From IMG/VR virus record IMGVR_UViG_3300032243_000867, positions 128,001 through 192,000 of that record: a stretch of DNA of 64,000 nt. The stretch is one strand, 5' to 3'. Below the pieces are notes generated by a model. That model did not search any database. It worked only from the letters and a program-made list of their open reading frames with translations, and was not told the DNA's origin. Shown here in pieces: positions 44,301 to 53,356 of this stretch; position 1 is the stretch's first letter, and each line of letters starts with the position of its first letter. The position numbers were made by a program, and so were the translations under genes. This DNA is from a virus (taxonomy: Duplodnaviria > Caudoviricetes).

Positions 44301-46807
44301 CCAAGAAGACCCTGATTCTCAAGGGTCTGAACGTCACCGACGCTTGGTACAGCAGCACGGCGCAGCCCTTCTCGGTGTCTACCACCCTCATCGGCCCGCT
44401 GAACTACCAGCCCGTCGCCCCGTACAACTTCGCCAAGGACGGTCACGGGCTCTTCGCCTCGGGCATTACCCAGGCGTACATCCTGCCCCCGGAGTTCGTC
44501 CCCCGCTTCGGGCGGCAGGACATCCCGTACCACTACTACACGGGTGCCAGCGATCCGATCTACCCGGGCATCAACCACTTGTTCCTCGATCAACCGGGAA
44601 CGTCCGCCGACGTGTTCTACGTCATCGGCGGCGCGGACAACGGGGGTAGTGCCGTAGTGGTGTCCCTTCTGTTCGACACCAACGCGGGGGTTTACGGGGG
44701 GGCTACGAACACGGGGGGTAGCCCTCACCTCTCCTACGCGGCCCGCAAGACGTACCTACCGGACGTGGTGAGCTCGGATCTCGGTGAAGGTATGTGGGGG
44801 ATCGAACTTCCCCCGTACCTCGGAATCGCGCGGTTGTACGGCGTGTACGAGCGCGCCGACTTCCTCGCCCACCAAGACGGCACGAACGTCGGCGCGTTCC
44901 TCAACACGGACCGCACGGCCCCGATCAGCGCGACCCCGCCCACGAACCTTCTTCGCACGGACGCGACGAAGCAGACCCTGTTCATCCGTCAAGGCGGGGG
45001 GAACGACGTGACGCAGTTGGACGACTCGCACACCTACTTGGTGCCCGATTCGGCCATCGACATCACTCGCGTCCCCGCCGCCTACACGGTCCCGAGTGCG
45101 ACGTTCAACAGCTACAACTACGTCGTCGAGTGCGTGGTGTTTGGTTTCGCGGAAGGGTTCATCAACAAGAACTCCTACATCCTCGCCCGCGCCCATGCGG
45201 GTAACGGGACTTCCGTCACCTCCACATCCAACTTGGAGCTCACGTCCGTGGACGTGATGCTGCCCTCCCCGCCCCCGCCGGGAGTTCAGCCGTACGAGGT
45301 GTTCGACCGCACGGTGTACCAGGGCGACCCGTACATGACGCGGGACGGCTCTACGCCCCAGGCGGCGGACTACGGCACCCGGTACGGGCAGATCGCACAG
45401 ACGGATGCCGTGGGCCTTCAGACCTCCGTCACCCCGCAGTCGGAAGTCGAAGTGCCGAACCCGCGCGCCGTGGAAGTCCTCGCTACGATGGACTTCTACA
45501 CCACGCTGGGTACCGGCAAGATCGGTGGGATGCTGTACCAAGACACGGTGACGGACTGCGGGATTACCTCCCCCGCGTCTTTCAGTAGCTACGGCCAGCG
45601 CGTCCCCGCCACCTCTTCGGACTATACCTGGAGAGTGATCCCGAGCGCGTTCACGGCGGGGCAGACGAACAACGAGACGTACGCCCGCGCCTCGGTCAAC
45701 GTCGTGGACTTCACCTTCTTCGACGCTATGGACCTCACGGTGACGTTCACCGTCTCGGGCGTCACGAAGTCCCTCACCGCGGCGGGGGCGAGCTCGCCGG
45801 GATTCTTTGCCGTGGGGTCGAACAACACGGACACGGCCACGGGGCTTGCCACGGCGATCAATCTCGCCGTCAACGGTCTCACTCCGTATGTGCAAGCGGT
45901 CGCCGTGGGTCCCACCGTCACGGTGATCTCGCGGTTCCCCGGAGCGCGCGGTAACGCCGCTACGATCAGCCTGTCGCTGGGCTCTCCCTCGGCGGGGACG
46001 AACATCCTGAACCTCGCCACGGTCCAGAACGCGCAGTCCCTCCCCCGTACGTCTACCAACTTCGCGGGAGGTGTGGATTACCCGGCGAACGCGGGGGACG
46101 GTAGCTCGGTGATCTCCCTCACGGGCATGACCGAACGACTCCCGCTGGGCATCCTCGTTTCGGACAGCGACTTCGCGGCTGAGAACCTCCTCGGGGACGG
46201 GGCTACCTCCCTCCGTTCGTACCAAGGGAGCCTTCGGGCCGTGTACGAGAACGTCCCCCTCACCAGCGGCGGGAAAGAGTACACTCGGTTCATCGGAGAG
46301 CCGGGAACGGTTCTCTCGATGTGCGACGGGTCGATCCTCGAATACTTCGCGTACGACCCGACTCTCTATCCGTCGGGCACGAAGAAGTACCGCATCTACA
46401 GGGGCGGCGGCGCGGGATTTGTGCTTTCGGGCGCGGCCCCCGGCGGGCCTATTACATGGGTCAGCGATTCGTTCGCGGCCAGCGTGCAGCCCGTCCTCAA
46501 GGGCGCGGCCCTCGCGTGCAAGGCGATCCTCGTGCGGAACTACCGGGAGAAAGCCTTTGGGGTTTCCTCCGTCCGCACCGAAGGCGACGAAATCCAGATG
46601 GTGGTGCTCACCCAAGCCGTCTACGGAACGCCCACGACGACGGGGGATGGGGTGACCCTCTCGGGGGTGATCTCCCCCTCGGGCTACGGTCAAGGCTACG
46701 CGGCGGCAGACCGCTACCTCATCCCCGGTCGCCCGATGGATCGGGGGCGCACCCGTAGCACCCGCGATCCGAACGCCACCCCCGCCCCGTACTATCCGGG
46801 CACCTGA
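41327..46807 (+). CDS. Very large tail/baseplate protein, DUF6519-like N-terminus, 1826 aa
   Basis: VVWQADKPPLDSELN, RTDFVFLEVW and ETTKRVQIQY resemble (from recall) DUF6519-type proteins of contractile injection systems and phage tails. Confidence 0.6.
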   Translation: MSESFGPGVSRVLTALAQQFTTVVWQADKPPLDSELNLMSQVDWENLSQLVRAQVHSGFFLDPTRCEEDYIANPLNSNQFILSPPALPDGDYENAPALYATVNGWVIPITGAYMPESGGPDGVSNRILLNPPPSTDGRTDFVFLEVWRALVSPNPSTTNKPTASTVFKYGNTQYGGTNLADQIEDPAVGFETTKRVQIQYRFRVVGSGGGLGTSVDLKTFPDGMTDPVVLAQGTAASPVAGFTFTNMRDELGDPSLWRSGNGVPSNALGTVDGYVYAVPVCAVFRRNSTEFTAVATGGTPNQNGGVTRTPSSTSYLNSRLLFQATLKNDLLETTVSWVEVANYVASALNDPNLFPVGTTRRYLTIGEGIDREVIAIDQNLDTVTYPSHILIDLLGRGRAGTQARFHPAGTKVSLYSARPDGLYADQIAVTDILDMRRSVNFGDWDYTRLLQKGVAALIQNNLRTTFKTSGTGGDSAGPVTTEVSIFSNTLPTPNHTSPVDAPNGIRTVWSDSAALQTDVTMILNDQASLDGTHYTATTFDNLSAGVAWTPGADFKPNGFMNFGATGDQGWANGSVIFVDIGGVDGVSGAFYGSLNGQKNARFVAPYEVWKPGEVDLYSHQPWQLRFLGGANGNLPALGTSANQNAYRVGYVTASALSAPSGAVLNHPGPMFPVASTNFERPFIVLGGLVRSDLRFTGVLANSTNLVNAAGPQYEINISSINWNTYTPLLGRGQKTLRDYLTNDGADYTGRSSKLYLVVYGDPDDRDNNGAFQVIGAGTTAATDGQYTQNVSSDIHHLVVRPLSADFSAFVSSLTQKVTIEFRSQEINLEDDAGSSNQPHGVAVVLTDLKAAGLPWGTVDVGYRLLETGGKLVPVKSKATLTTDLLWSPSRGASERVPDRLDRFGVRNPIASFARSPVSVQDPGFVTDTGYPSGDVVYEATQVQLWNRLPSEGLSGPFAPAFGGAVVGLTEQDREAELFVDLGSKTAVFRPLTKKTLILKGLNVTDAWYSSTAQPFSVSTTLIGPLNYQPVAPYNFAKDGHGLFASGITQAYILPPEFVPRFGRQDIPYHYYTGASDPIYPGINHLFLDQPGTSADVFYVIGGADNGGSAVVVSLLFDTNAGVYGGATNTGGSPHLSYAARKTYLPDVVSSDLGEGMWGIELPPYLGIARLYGVYERADFLAHQDGTNVGAFLNTDRTAPISATPPTNLLRTDATKQTLFIRQGGGNDVTQLDDSHTYLVPDSAIDITRVPAAYTVPSATFNSYNYVVECVVFGFAEGFINKNSYILARAHAGNGTSVTSTSNLELTSVDVMLPSPPPPGVQPYEVFDRTVYQGDPYMTRDGSTPQAADYGTRYGQIAQTDAVGLQTSVTPQSEVEVPNPRAVEVLATMDFYTTLGTGKIGGMLYQDTVTDCGITSPASFSSYGQRVPATSSDYTWRVIPSAFTAGQTNNETYARASVNVVDFTFFDAMDLTVTFTVSGVTKSLTAAGASSPGFFAVGSNNTDTATGLATAINLAVNGLTPYVQAVAVGPTVTVISRFPGARGNAATISLSLGSPSAGTNILNLATVQNAQSLPRTSTNFAGGVDYPANAGDGSSVISLTGMTERLPLGILVSDSDFAAENLLGDGATSLRSYQGSLRAVYENVPLTSGGKEYTRFIGEPGTVLSMCDGSILEYFAYDPTLYPSGTKKYRIYRGGGAGFVLSGAAPGGPITWVSDSFAASVQPVLKGAALACKAILVRNYREKAFGVSSVRTEGDEIQMVVLTQAVYGTPTTTGDGVTLSGVISPSGYGQGYAAADRYLIPGRPMDRGRTRSTRDPNATPAPYYPGT

Positions 46808-46814
46808 CGGTCGG

Positions 46815-46827
46815 CGGGCGTAACGTC
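46815..46827 (+). promoter_or_regulatory. Class A motif CGGGCGTAACGTC upstream of SNF2 helicase
   Basis: Identical 13-mer also at 54459-54471 upstream of polA. Confidence 0.6.
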
Positions 46828-46834
46828 GGGAGCT

Positions 46835-49597
46835 ATGTCCACCGACGACCTGCTCCCCATCGACGAAACGCCCGCCGATTCCCTTCCCCCCAACCCCGCA
46901 TACGAGAAGCTCAAGAAGATCCGCGAGCGCACGGACCTCGAAGCGCGTCCCTCCGCGTATATGCGGGACGCCTTCACGGCGTTGGACGGCACCCCCCGCC
47001 CGCTGAAGCTCCGTTACTATCAAGTGCAGGGGGTGATGCACCTTCTCGCGATGAAGCGGTTTCTGCTCGGGGACGACACCGGGCTTGGGAAGACCCTTCA
47101 GTCCATCTCGGCCCTGTGCTACCTCTGGGAGCGCACGCCCGACCAGAAGGTGCTGATCCTCACGAGCAAGTCCTCGGTGGAGCAGTGGGCGGGGGAGTTT
47201 CGCAAATTCACGAACGGGGTCACCCCCTTCGTGAGCCGGGGCACGCCCGTTCAGCGCCGCAAGGTGCGGGAAGCGTTCTGGGCGGAGACGGGGCCGACGG
47301 TGCTGGTGATGGGCTACCGCACGGCGGTGCAGGACTTCGCGGAACTGCAAGACCGAGATGGGTACGTCCTCATCACCGACGAGTGCTTCGACTACCACAC
47401 CCCGGTGGTGCTGGCGGATGGTACGACGGAGCTCATCGGAAAGATCGTATCCAAGAGGTTGCCCGTGTCGGTGATGTCTTGGAACCCGGATACGGGGGCG
47501 GTCGAGCCCAAGCCCGTGATCAACTGGTTCCGCAACCCGCTGAACGCGGGCAAGCGGAAAGATTTGTCAAAAGTCTCCTTCGGTTACTCGGGGAACGTCC
47601 GGGTGACTGGGAGCCATGAGTTCTACACGCCGAGCGGGAAGGTCCCGTTGTACAGACTCCGAGTGGGGAGCCCTGTGTACCACTACTCGAACAAGATCCC
47701 CAACGAGGTTCAGTGGCAGGTTCTCTTGGGTTCGCTTCTCGGGGACTCCAGCATCACGTCCCCAGACCGAAATCTTCAAGGGATGGCCTTCGGGCACTGC
47801 GAGGCACAGAGGAAACTTCTGGAGTTCAAGCACTCCGTGCTCTCACAACTAGGGGTGTCCGATATCCGATGGGGGGCTAATGGTGGGTACCCCAAGAAAG
47901 ATGGCACGGAGAAGCTGCACGGCAGGTTCTTTGTGAACGGAAACCCTGCCCTCTCTAGCTTCATCGACAAGTCGGGCATCTGGCGGGAAGGCAAGAAAAG
48001 AGTTACGGCGGAATGGTTGGATCGTATCGGACCTCTCGGGCTGGCTGTCTGGCACGCGGATGACGGAAGCCTCAACACCCATGTAGATTCAAATGGAACC
48101 GTGAGTCACGTTGTGAGCATCAGTACTCACGGGTTCACCCGCGAGGACCACGAACTGATGGTGGGTTGGCTCCGGTGGAAGTGGGGCGTGCGTGCTGAAG
48201 TCAAGACCGCTCGTGCCACCGGGGCGGGTCGAAAGCCTTACTCGTACCTGTATCTCAACCGTAAAGAAACAGAGCGGTTCTTTTCCATCCTGCCGGGGTC
48301 GATTCCGGGCGTTGAGCACAAGTTCCCCGCCGGAATGCCGACTGTAGACGTGTCTGGGAGTTCGACTCCCGTCTGGGGTCTCGTAGAGGACTCCATCACA
48401 GCCATCGAGCGATGGTCACCCCAACCCAACCACAAGTATGTCTACGACATCGAGGTGGAGGGGAACCATAACTACTTCTCCAACGGTACGCTCGTGTCGA
48501 ACTGCTCCGCGTACAAGAACAGCGAGACGCAGGTTCACCAAGTCTGCAAATACCTGTCGAGCAAGGCAGAGCGAACGTGGGCGTTGACCGCCACGCTCAT
48601 CAAGAACAACCTCATCGAGGGGTGGGGCGTGTACAACGTGCTGGTGCCGGGGCTCTTCGGGTCCAAAAACCACTTCATGAACGAATACTGCATCACCCGG
48701 ATGCAGATTCTCCCCGGCACCCGTAGGCAGGTGCCCGTGATTGTCGGGTACCGCCAGCGGGACATCGAGGAGTTCCGCAAGCGCATCGACCCGTACTTTC
48801 TCGGTCGTCCGAAGTTCGAGGTTGCGAGCGAGCTTCCTCCCCTCGTCACCCGTCACGTCAAGGTCGGGATGACCAAGTTGCAGGAAACCAAGTACCAAGA
48901 GGCACTGGAGGGTCTTCTGCTGGTGGGCGAGAAGACCGGGCAGACCGAGGAGAAAGAAGTCACCAAGCTCACCGCCGTCACTTACTGCCAGCAGATCGTG
49001 AACCACCCAGAGCTCATTGGGATCGACGGTGAGAGCGAGAAGCTCGACGCCCTGCTCGACCTCATCACGGACGGGGAGCTCGACGGCGAGAAGGTGATCG
49101 TGTTCACCCGGTTCCGCAAGATGGTGGACATCATCGTTCCGGCCCTCAAGAAGAAGGGTGTGCGGGCGGTGCGGATCACGGGCGCGGAGGACGAGCGGGA
49201 GCGAAAGACCTCGCAGGACGCCTTCCAAGACCCTAAGAGCGACGCGAGGGTGGTGGCGATCACGACCGCCGCTGCGGAAGCCATCAACCTCCAAGCCGCC
49301 AAGGCCCTCATCTTCTATGACACGCCGTGGAGCGCCGGGGACTACCTGCAAATTCTCGGGCGGATGATTCGCATCGGTAGCACCCATGACCGCTGCTACG
49401 CGATTCACCTTGTGACCGAGGGGACCATCGACGACCGGGTGGTGAAAGTTCTCACCAAGAAGATGGGGTTGGTGGAGAGCGTTCTGGGCAAGCGCATCAA
49501 GGGCGAGGACGACGCGGGCGTAACCGTAGACGCGACGAACGACCTCTCCGACCTGTTCTCCGAGCTCATCTCGGACGCCCGCGCGAGGCACAAGTGA
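46835..49597 (+). CDS. SNF2-family helicase interrupted by an intein
   Basis: LGDDTGLGKT, reconstituted Walker B ITDE|CSAYK, ALTAT, KVIVFTRF, AEAINLQAA, QILGRMIRIG. Confidence 0.92.
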   Translation: MSTDDLLPIDETPADSLPPNPAYEKLKKIRERTDLEARPSAYMRDAFTALDGTPRPLKLRYYQVQGVMHLLAMKRFLLGDDTGLGKTLQSISALCYLWERTPDQKVLILTSKSSVEQWAGEFRKFTNGVTPFVSRGTPVQRRKVREAFWAETGPTVLVMGYRTAVQDFAELQDRDGYVLITDECFDYHTPVVLADGTTELIGKIVSKRLPVSVMSWNPDTGAVEPKPVINWFRNPLNAGKRKDLSKVSFGYSGNVRVTGSHEFYTPSGKVPLYRLRVGSPVYHYSNKIPNEVQWQVLLGSLLGDSSITSPDRNLQGMAFGHCEAQRKLLEFKHSVLSQLGVSDIRWGANGGYPKKDGTEKLHGRFFVNGNPALSSFIDKSGIWREGKKRVTAEWLDRIGPLGLAVWHADDGSLNTHVDSNGTVSHVVSISTHGFTREDHELMVGWLRWKWGVRAEVKTARATGAGRKPYSYLYLNRKETERFFSILPGSIPGVEHKFPAGMPTVDVSGSSTPVWGLVEDSITAIERWSPQPNHKYVYDIEVEGNHNYFSNGTLVSNCSAYKNSETQVHQVCKYLSSKAERTWALTATLIKNNLIEGWGVYNVLVPGLFGSKNHFMNEYCITRMQILPGTRRQVPVIVGYRQRDIEEFRKRIDPYFLGRPKFEVASELPPLVTRHVKVGMTKLQETKYQEALEGLLLVGEKTGQTEEKEVTKLTAVTYCQQIVNHPELIGIDGESEKLDALLDLITDGELDGEKVIVFTRFRKMVDIIVPALKKKGVRAVRITGAEDERERKTSQDAFQDPKSDARVVAITTAAAEAINLQAAKALIFYDTPWSAGDYLQILGRMIRIGSTHDRCYAIHLVTEGTIDDRVVKVLTKKMGLVESVLGKRIKGEDDAGVTVDATNDLSDLFSELISDARARHK
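47384..48502 (+). mobile_element. Intein with LAGLIDADG homing endonuclease, 373 aa
   Basis: Block A CFDYHTPVVLADG, block B VTGSH, LAGLIDADG-like LLGSLLGDS and LAVWHADDGS, block F/G YVYDIEVEGNHNYFSNGTLVSN followed by +1 Cys. Confidence 0.92.
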
Positions 49598-50412
49598 CGG
49601 ACAATCCCTGCGACAAGTGCTACGGTACGGGCTACCTCGACGCGGGCACAGACGCGCGGGGTATCCCGCTCACCAAGCCATGCCCGTGCCAGATCGCCAA
49701 GGACACGGTGCGAAACGTCAACCGTGCGTGGGCGGGGCTGACCTCCGCCCCGCGGTTGGATCGTAGCCCCCTCACTCGGTACGCGGGAAAGAACGTGTAC
49801 ATCACGGCGACGGACGCGACCCTTCGGGCGCACCTACGTCACGTCGGGCTACGCAATGGCCCCTACTGGGGGTTCAAGGTGGTGACAGACAGCGACATGA
49901 TGACGGCGTGGTTGTCCCCTATCGGCCTTGTCGGGAAGGAGATTCTCGACCCCGACTCTGCCAGCGTGTCTATCGAGAAGGCCACTCTGGTAGACCTCGT
50001 AGACCCGCCCGAGCTTTTGGTAATCCGTCTAGGGGTGAAGTCCGCTCGCAACAGCGCGATGGGGGAAGTTTTCCTCGAAGCCTTGTACCACCGTTCGCAC
50101 GTCGGGAAGCCTACGTGGGTTGTCGATCAGCCCGCCCGACGGTTCGACCCGTCGCACCTCGCGTTCAGTGAGGACGGTCTGCATCACATTCAGCAGTTCC
50201 CTCGCGTTGTGCTGGACGATCTTCAGCCGGGGCTTTCCATCGAGATGGTATCCGGGGATACCGAGACGGAGGTTCCCGCCCCGAAGGCCGGAACATCCCT
50301 CACCCTTTCGGCGGGGTACTCTTCTCCGGGGGCTTCGGTCGCACAGACGACGCGAATTGAGCGTCCCGATCCTATGCCCCGGAAGCGTAACCCGAAGGGG
50401 TTTGGTAAGTGA
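49594..50412 (+). CDS. DnaC/IstB-like helicase loader with degenerate ATPase motifs
   Basis: CDKCYGTGY...PCPC Zn knuckle; LLVIRLG and EALYHRSHVGKPTWV align with DnaC-like Walker B and sensor regions; GTGA-coupled to dnaB. Confidence 0.6.
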   Translation: MTDNPCDKCYGTGYLDAGTDARGIPLTKPCPCQIAKDTVRNVNRAWAGLTSAPRLDRSPLTRYAGKNVYITATDATLRAHLRHVGLRNGPYWGFKVVTDSDMMTAWLSPIGLVGKEILDPDSASVSIEKATLVDLVDPPELLVIRLGVKSARNSAMGEVFLEALYHRSHVGKPTWVVDQPARRFDPSHLAFSEDGLHHIQQFPRVVLDDLQPGLSIEMVSGDTETEVPAPKAGTSLTLSAGYSSPGASVAQTTRIERPDPMPRKRNPKGFGK

Positions 50413-51953
50413 AATTTCTACTGCGCTCGTGTTTCATCGCGCTCCCCTCCGACGACAAAGAGCTCGCGTTTCGTAACTATCTCGCTCTGTCCGAGAGCGG
50501 GCTGGGCTTCGACGTTCCAGAGGACACGGTGCTGTGGGAGTTCGTGCGCGACTTCGCCCGAACGCACAACCACGCCCCAGACATTCGCACCGTCCGTTCT
50601 CACTTCGAGACGCTGAAGAATCCCGAGGCGGGTGACCGTCTGGAGGTGCTCGCTCCGCTGAAGCCCGTCTTCAAGGGAGACTTCATCAAGCGGCTGGAGG
50701 AGCGGGCGGAGGAGCGCCGTTCCCGAATGGTAGGGGACATCCTCCGAGAAGCCGCGCAGATCCTTCAGACGGGCGTTGAGATCAAGGAGGGCAAGAAGTC
50801 ACGGCATCTTCGCGGCCCCGTAGACGCCGTGCGGTACCTCGTCAACAAGTCTCACGACATCGTGATGCCCACGACGGGTGCGCGGTTGTCGGGCGAGATC
50901 ACCCTCGATGGCGAGGACTTCAAGCGCGAGTACGAGAAGGTCGAGAACGACCCGTTGGCGGGCGTCGGCCAGTACACGGGCATCCAGCAGATGGACGAAG
51001 CCCTGGGCGGGGCGAAGAAGTACGAGCTCTGGACGCACGCGGCGTTCACGGGCGGTCTGAAGTCCACCCTCGCCCTGAACTGGCTGTACAACCAAGCGGT
51101 GTACTACAAGTACGACGGGCTGATCTTCTCGCTGGAGATGCCGTACTCCCAGTGCCGTAGAATTCTCTACGCGATGCATAGCCTCCACGGGAAGTTCCGC
51201 GATGACCGCATCCGTCTGGGCATTCAGAAGTCCCCCGGCCCGAACGTGGGGCTGGACTACGGGAAGATCCGCGACGGCGGGCTGACCGAGACGGAAAAGA
51301 CGTTCCTGATGGATTACGTCATCCCGGACTTCAACAGCGGGTCGTACGGGAAGATCCACATCGAGGTGAGCGACCCGGACAAGTCCGACTTCAACGTGGC
51401 CGACCTCCGAGCGAAGGCGGAACTCATCTACTCGAAGTCACCGTTCAACCTGTTGTTCGTCGATCACGCGGGGTTGCTCGCCCCGCGCCAGTGGGTGCCT
51501 AGCACCACGGAGCGCCTCAACGAAGTGCTGCGCGACCTCAAACGGTTGGCGATGAACTTCAACCGCGGCGCGGGGATGGCGGTAGTCAACCTCTTCCAGA
51601 TCAGCCGTGAGGGTTTTAAGGCTGCGGAGAAGTCCGCCGAGAAAGCGGCGGCGAACGGCGGCAACTACGCCAACGGCCCGTACAACCTAACCCATTTGAG
51701 TTACGCCAACGAATGCGAACGTAGCTCCGACATCGTGACGGCCAGCTACGTTGACAACGACCTCCGGGCGCAGAACAAAGTGCTGTTCCAGTGCCTCAAG
51801 TCCCGCGACCAAGCGCCTTTCCAGAACCACTTTGCGCGGGTCGAGTGGCACTGCCGACGTATCCTAACCTCGCAAGAAGTCCCGATGATGCAGGGCAAGA
51901 AGGACGATATGAAGGTGGACGCGGCTCTGAAAGAAATCGAAGGGATGCTGTGA
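50409..51953 (+). CDS. dnaB: Replicative DnaB-like helicase
   Basis: GIQQMDEALGG, Walker A AFTGGLKS, IFSLEMP, LFVDHAGL, FQISREG, ECERSSDIV. Confidence 0.85.
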   Translation: MKFLLRSCFIALPSDDKELAFRNYLALSESGLGFDVPEDTVLWEFVRDFARTHNHAPDIRTVRSHFETLKNPEAGDRLEVLAPLKPVFKGDFIKRLEERAEERRSRMVGDILREAAQILQTGVEIKEGKKSRHLRGPVDAVRYLVNKSHDIVMPTTGARLSGEITLDGEDFKREYEKVENDPLAGVGQYTGIQQMDEALGGAKKYELWTHAAFTGGLKSTLALNWLYNQAVYYKYDGLIFSLEMPYSQCRRILYAMHSLHGKFRDDRIRLGIQKSPGPNVGLDYGKIRDGGLTETEKTFLMDYVIPDFNSGSYGKIHIEVSDPDKSDFNVADLRAKAELIYSKSPFNLLFVDHAGLLAPRQWVPSTTERLNEVLRDLKRLAMNFNRGAGMAVVNLFQISREGFKAAEKSAEKAAANGGNYANGPYNLTHLSYANECERSSDIVTASYVDNDLRAQNKVLFQCLKSRDQAPFQNHFARVEWHCRRILTSQEVPMMQGKKDDMKVDAALKEIEGML

Positions 51954-52588
51954 GAACTTCCTCTGCTTGGATCAACTACTTCATATGGAAGTGCGAGCGA
52001 CACATCCCCACGTCGAAGAGGTACCCCGCCCTCACCCTCAAGTGCCCCGCGTGCGGGTTCCCCCGCCCCGCCGAGGCATACCGCCCGCCGATGAACCCCG
52101 AGGAGCCCAAGCCCGTCGTGTGGCGGGTGCCCCCAGTGGGGGTGAAACCGCCAGCGCCCGTGACGGTACCGCCACCCCCCGCGAAGGCGTTTTCCGAGGA
52201 TATGTCCTTGGGTCAAGCGCAACGGGATCTGGACGAGACCGTCATCGCGGATCTCGTCGCAGCGTCGGAAAAGCTCAAGAAGTCACGGGTCAAAGCACCG
52301 ACCCCTCCCGCACCCAAGCCCGTGGTGGAAGACCCCGTTGACGTGGCACCCGTGTCGAAGCGCCCCAAGGACATCCCGGTCACCGAGAAGTCCAAGGCAC
52401 ACCTGTGTCCCGGCCCGAAGTGCCGAAAGGTGTCCCGCCGGAACAGCCCGTACTGTTCCAAGATTTGCAGCGACAAGTGCCTTCGCCTTCGTAAGAAGGC
52501 CACGGAGAAGGTGCTGGACGGCCAAGAGGTAAAGTGGCTGAACCGCATCCTCGCCGTGCTGGAAGCGTGGGGCAGTGACAAGGTCTGA
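51950..52588 (+). CDS. Hypothetical Pro-rich protein with two Cys clusters
   Basis: CPACG and CPGPKC...CSKICSDKC; GTG 51950 overlaps the dnaB stop. Confidence 0.55.
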   Translation: MRTSSAWINYFIWKCERHIPTSKRYPALTLKCPACGFPRPAEAYRPPMNPEEPKPVVWRVPPVGVKPPAPVTVPPPPAKAFSEDMSLGQAQRDLDETVIADLVAASEKLKKSRVKAPTPPAPKPVVEDPVDVAPVSKRPKDIPVTEKSKAHLCPGPKCRKVSRRNSPYCSKICSDKCLRLRKKATEKVLDGQEVKWLNRILAVLEAWGSDKV

Positions 52589-53126
52589 GCGCCGCGCCGC
52601 GCGCATCCGCACGGACATCCCCATCACCCGTGTGCTGGAGGACTACGGCTACCGGGTGCAGGACGTTGACCGGGAGCAGCAGTTCCAGTGCGACCTCCAC
52701 GGTGACGGGACGGATGGCAAACCCTCTGCCCGCGTCTACCCGAGCACCAACCAGTGGTACTGCTGGGCCTGTGCCCGGTCCCGGGACTCTCTTGCCACGG
52801 CGCGCGAGAAGGAGGGGTTGTCCTTCCACGCGGCCCTCGACGCGCTGGAACAACGGTACGGGCTACCTTCTCTCCCGTGGGAAGAGGGCGATGACGACAC
52901 CACCCCTGCCGATCCCGTAGCGGCGGTGCTCGACGCCCCGCACGCAGACCCGGTACGGGTCCGCACCGAGAGGGTGCTACGAGCCCTCACCATCGAGCGC
53001 ACGGAGCCCCTTCCACGGGTGCTGAAGCTTTGGGAGGCGTTCGACCGGGCGCGTGTGCTAGAGGACGGCGGGGATGAAGGCCCGATGCGATCTTTGCTGA
53101 CGGCCCTGCTGCGGCCCCGGGCGTAA
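52575..53126 (+). CDS. Stand-alone CHC2 primase zinc-binding domain protein
   Basis: FQCDLHGD...PSARVY...WYCWAC...DSL...EGLSFHAAL; no TOPRIM domain in 183 aa. Confidence 0.8.
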   Translation: MTRSERRAARIRTDIPITRVLEDYGYRVQDVDREQQFQCDLHGDGTDGKPSARVYPSTNQWYCWACARSRDSLATAREKEGLSFHAALDALEQRYGLPSLPWEEGDDDTTPADPVAAVLDAPHADPVRVRTERVLRALTIERTEPLPRVLKLWEAFDRARVLEDGGDEGPMRSLLTALLRPRA

Positions 53127-53143
53127 TCTACGCCGAGGTGCCT

Positions 53144-53356
53144 ATGCCTTCGTTCAATCACACCCGGGAAGACGGCTTCTACGATCCCTGTGCTCAATGC
53201 TGGGGCGAGATGTCCGAGGCAGACAAGATCGAATCCGTGTTGGGGATGTCCGACGACCCGTACGAGGACGGGCGCATCTTGGAGTGCCTTCAAGCAGCGG
53301 GGCACCCTCTGAGCGAGCCCATCAACGAGCTCCGCGCCAGATACCAAAACAGATGA
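53144..53356 (+). CDS. Small acidic hypothetical protein
   Basis: GAGG RBS and GGGCGTAA motif upstream; typical codon bias. Confidence 0.55.
   Translation: MPSFNHTREDGFYDPCAQCWGEMSEADKIESVLGMSDDPYEDGRILECLQAAGHPLSEPINELRARYQNR

Noticed and set aside
13143-46807. Bacterial extracellular contractile injection system rather than a phage tail
   Set aside because: Flanked by phage-type replication and DNA-modification genes with no host housekeeping genes; has a long tape measure
44756-47398. 880-aa antisense ORF spanning two sense genes
   Set aside because: Crosses a gene boundary and has no recognisable motif; shadow ORF
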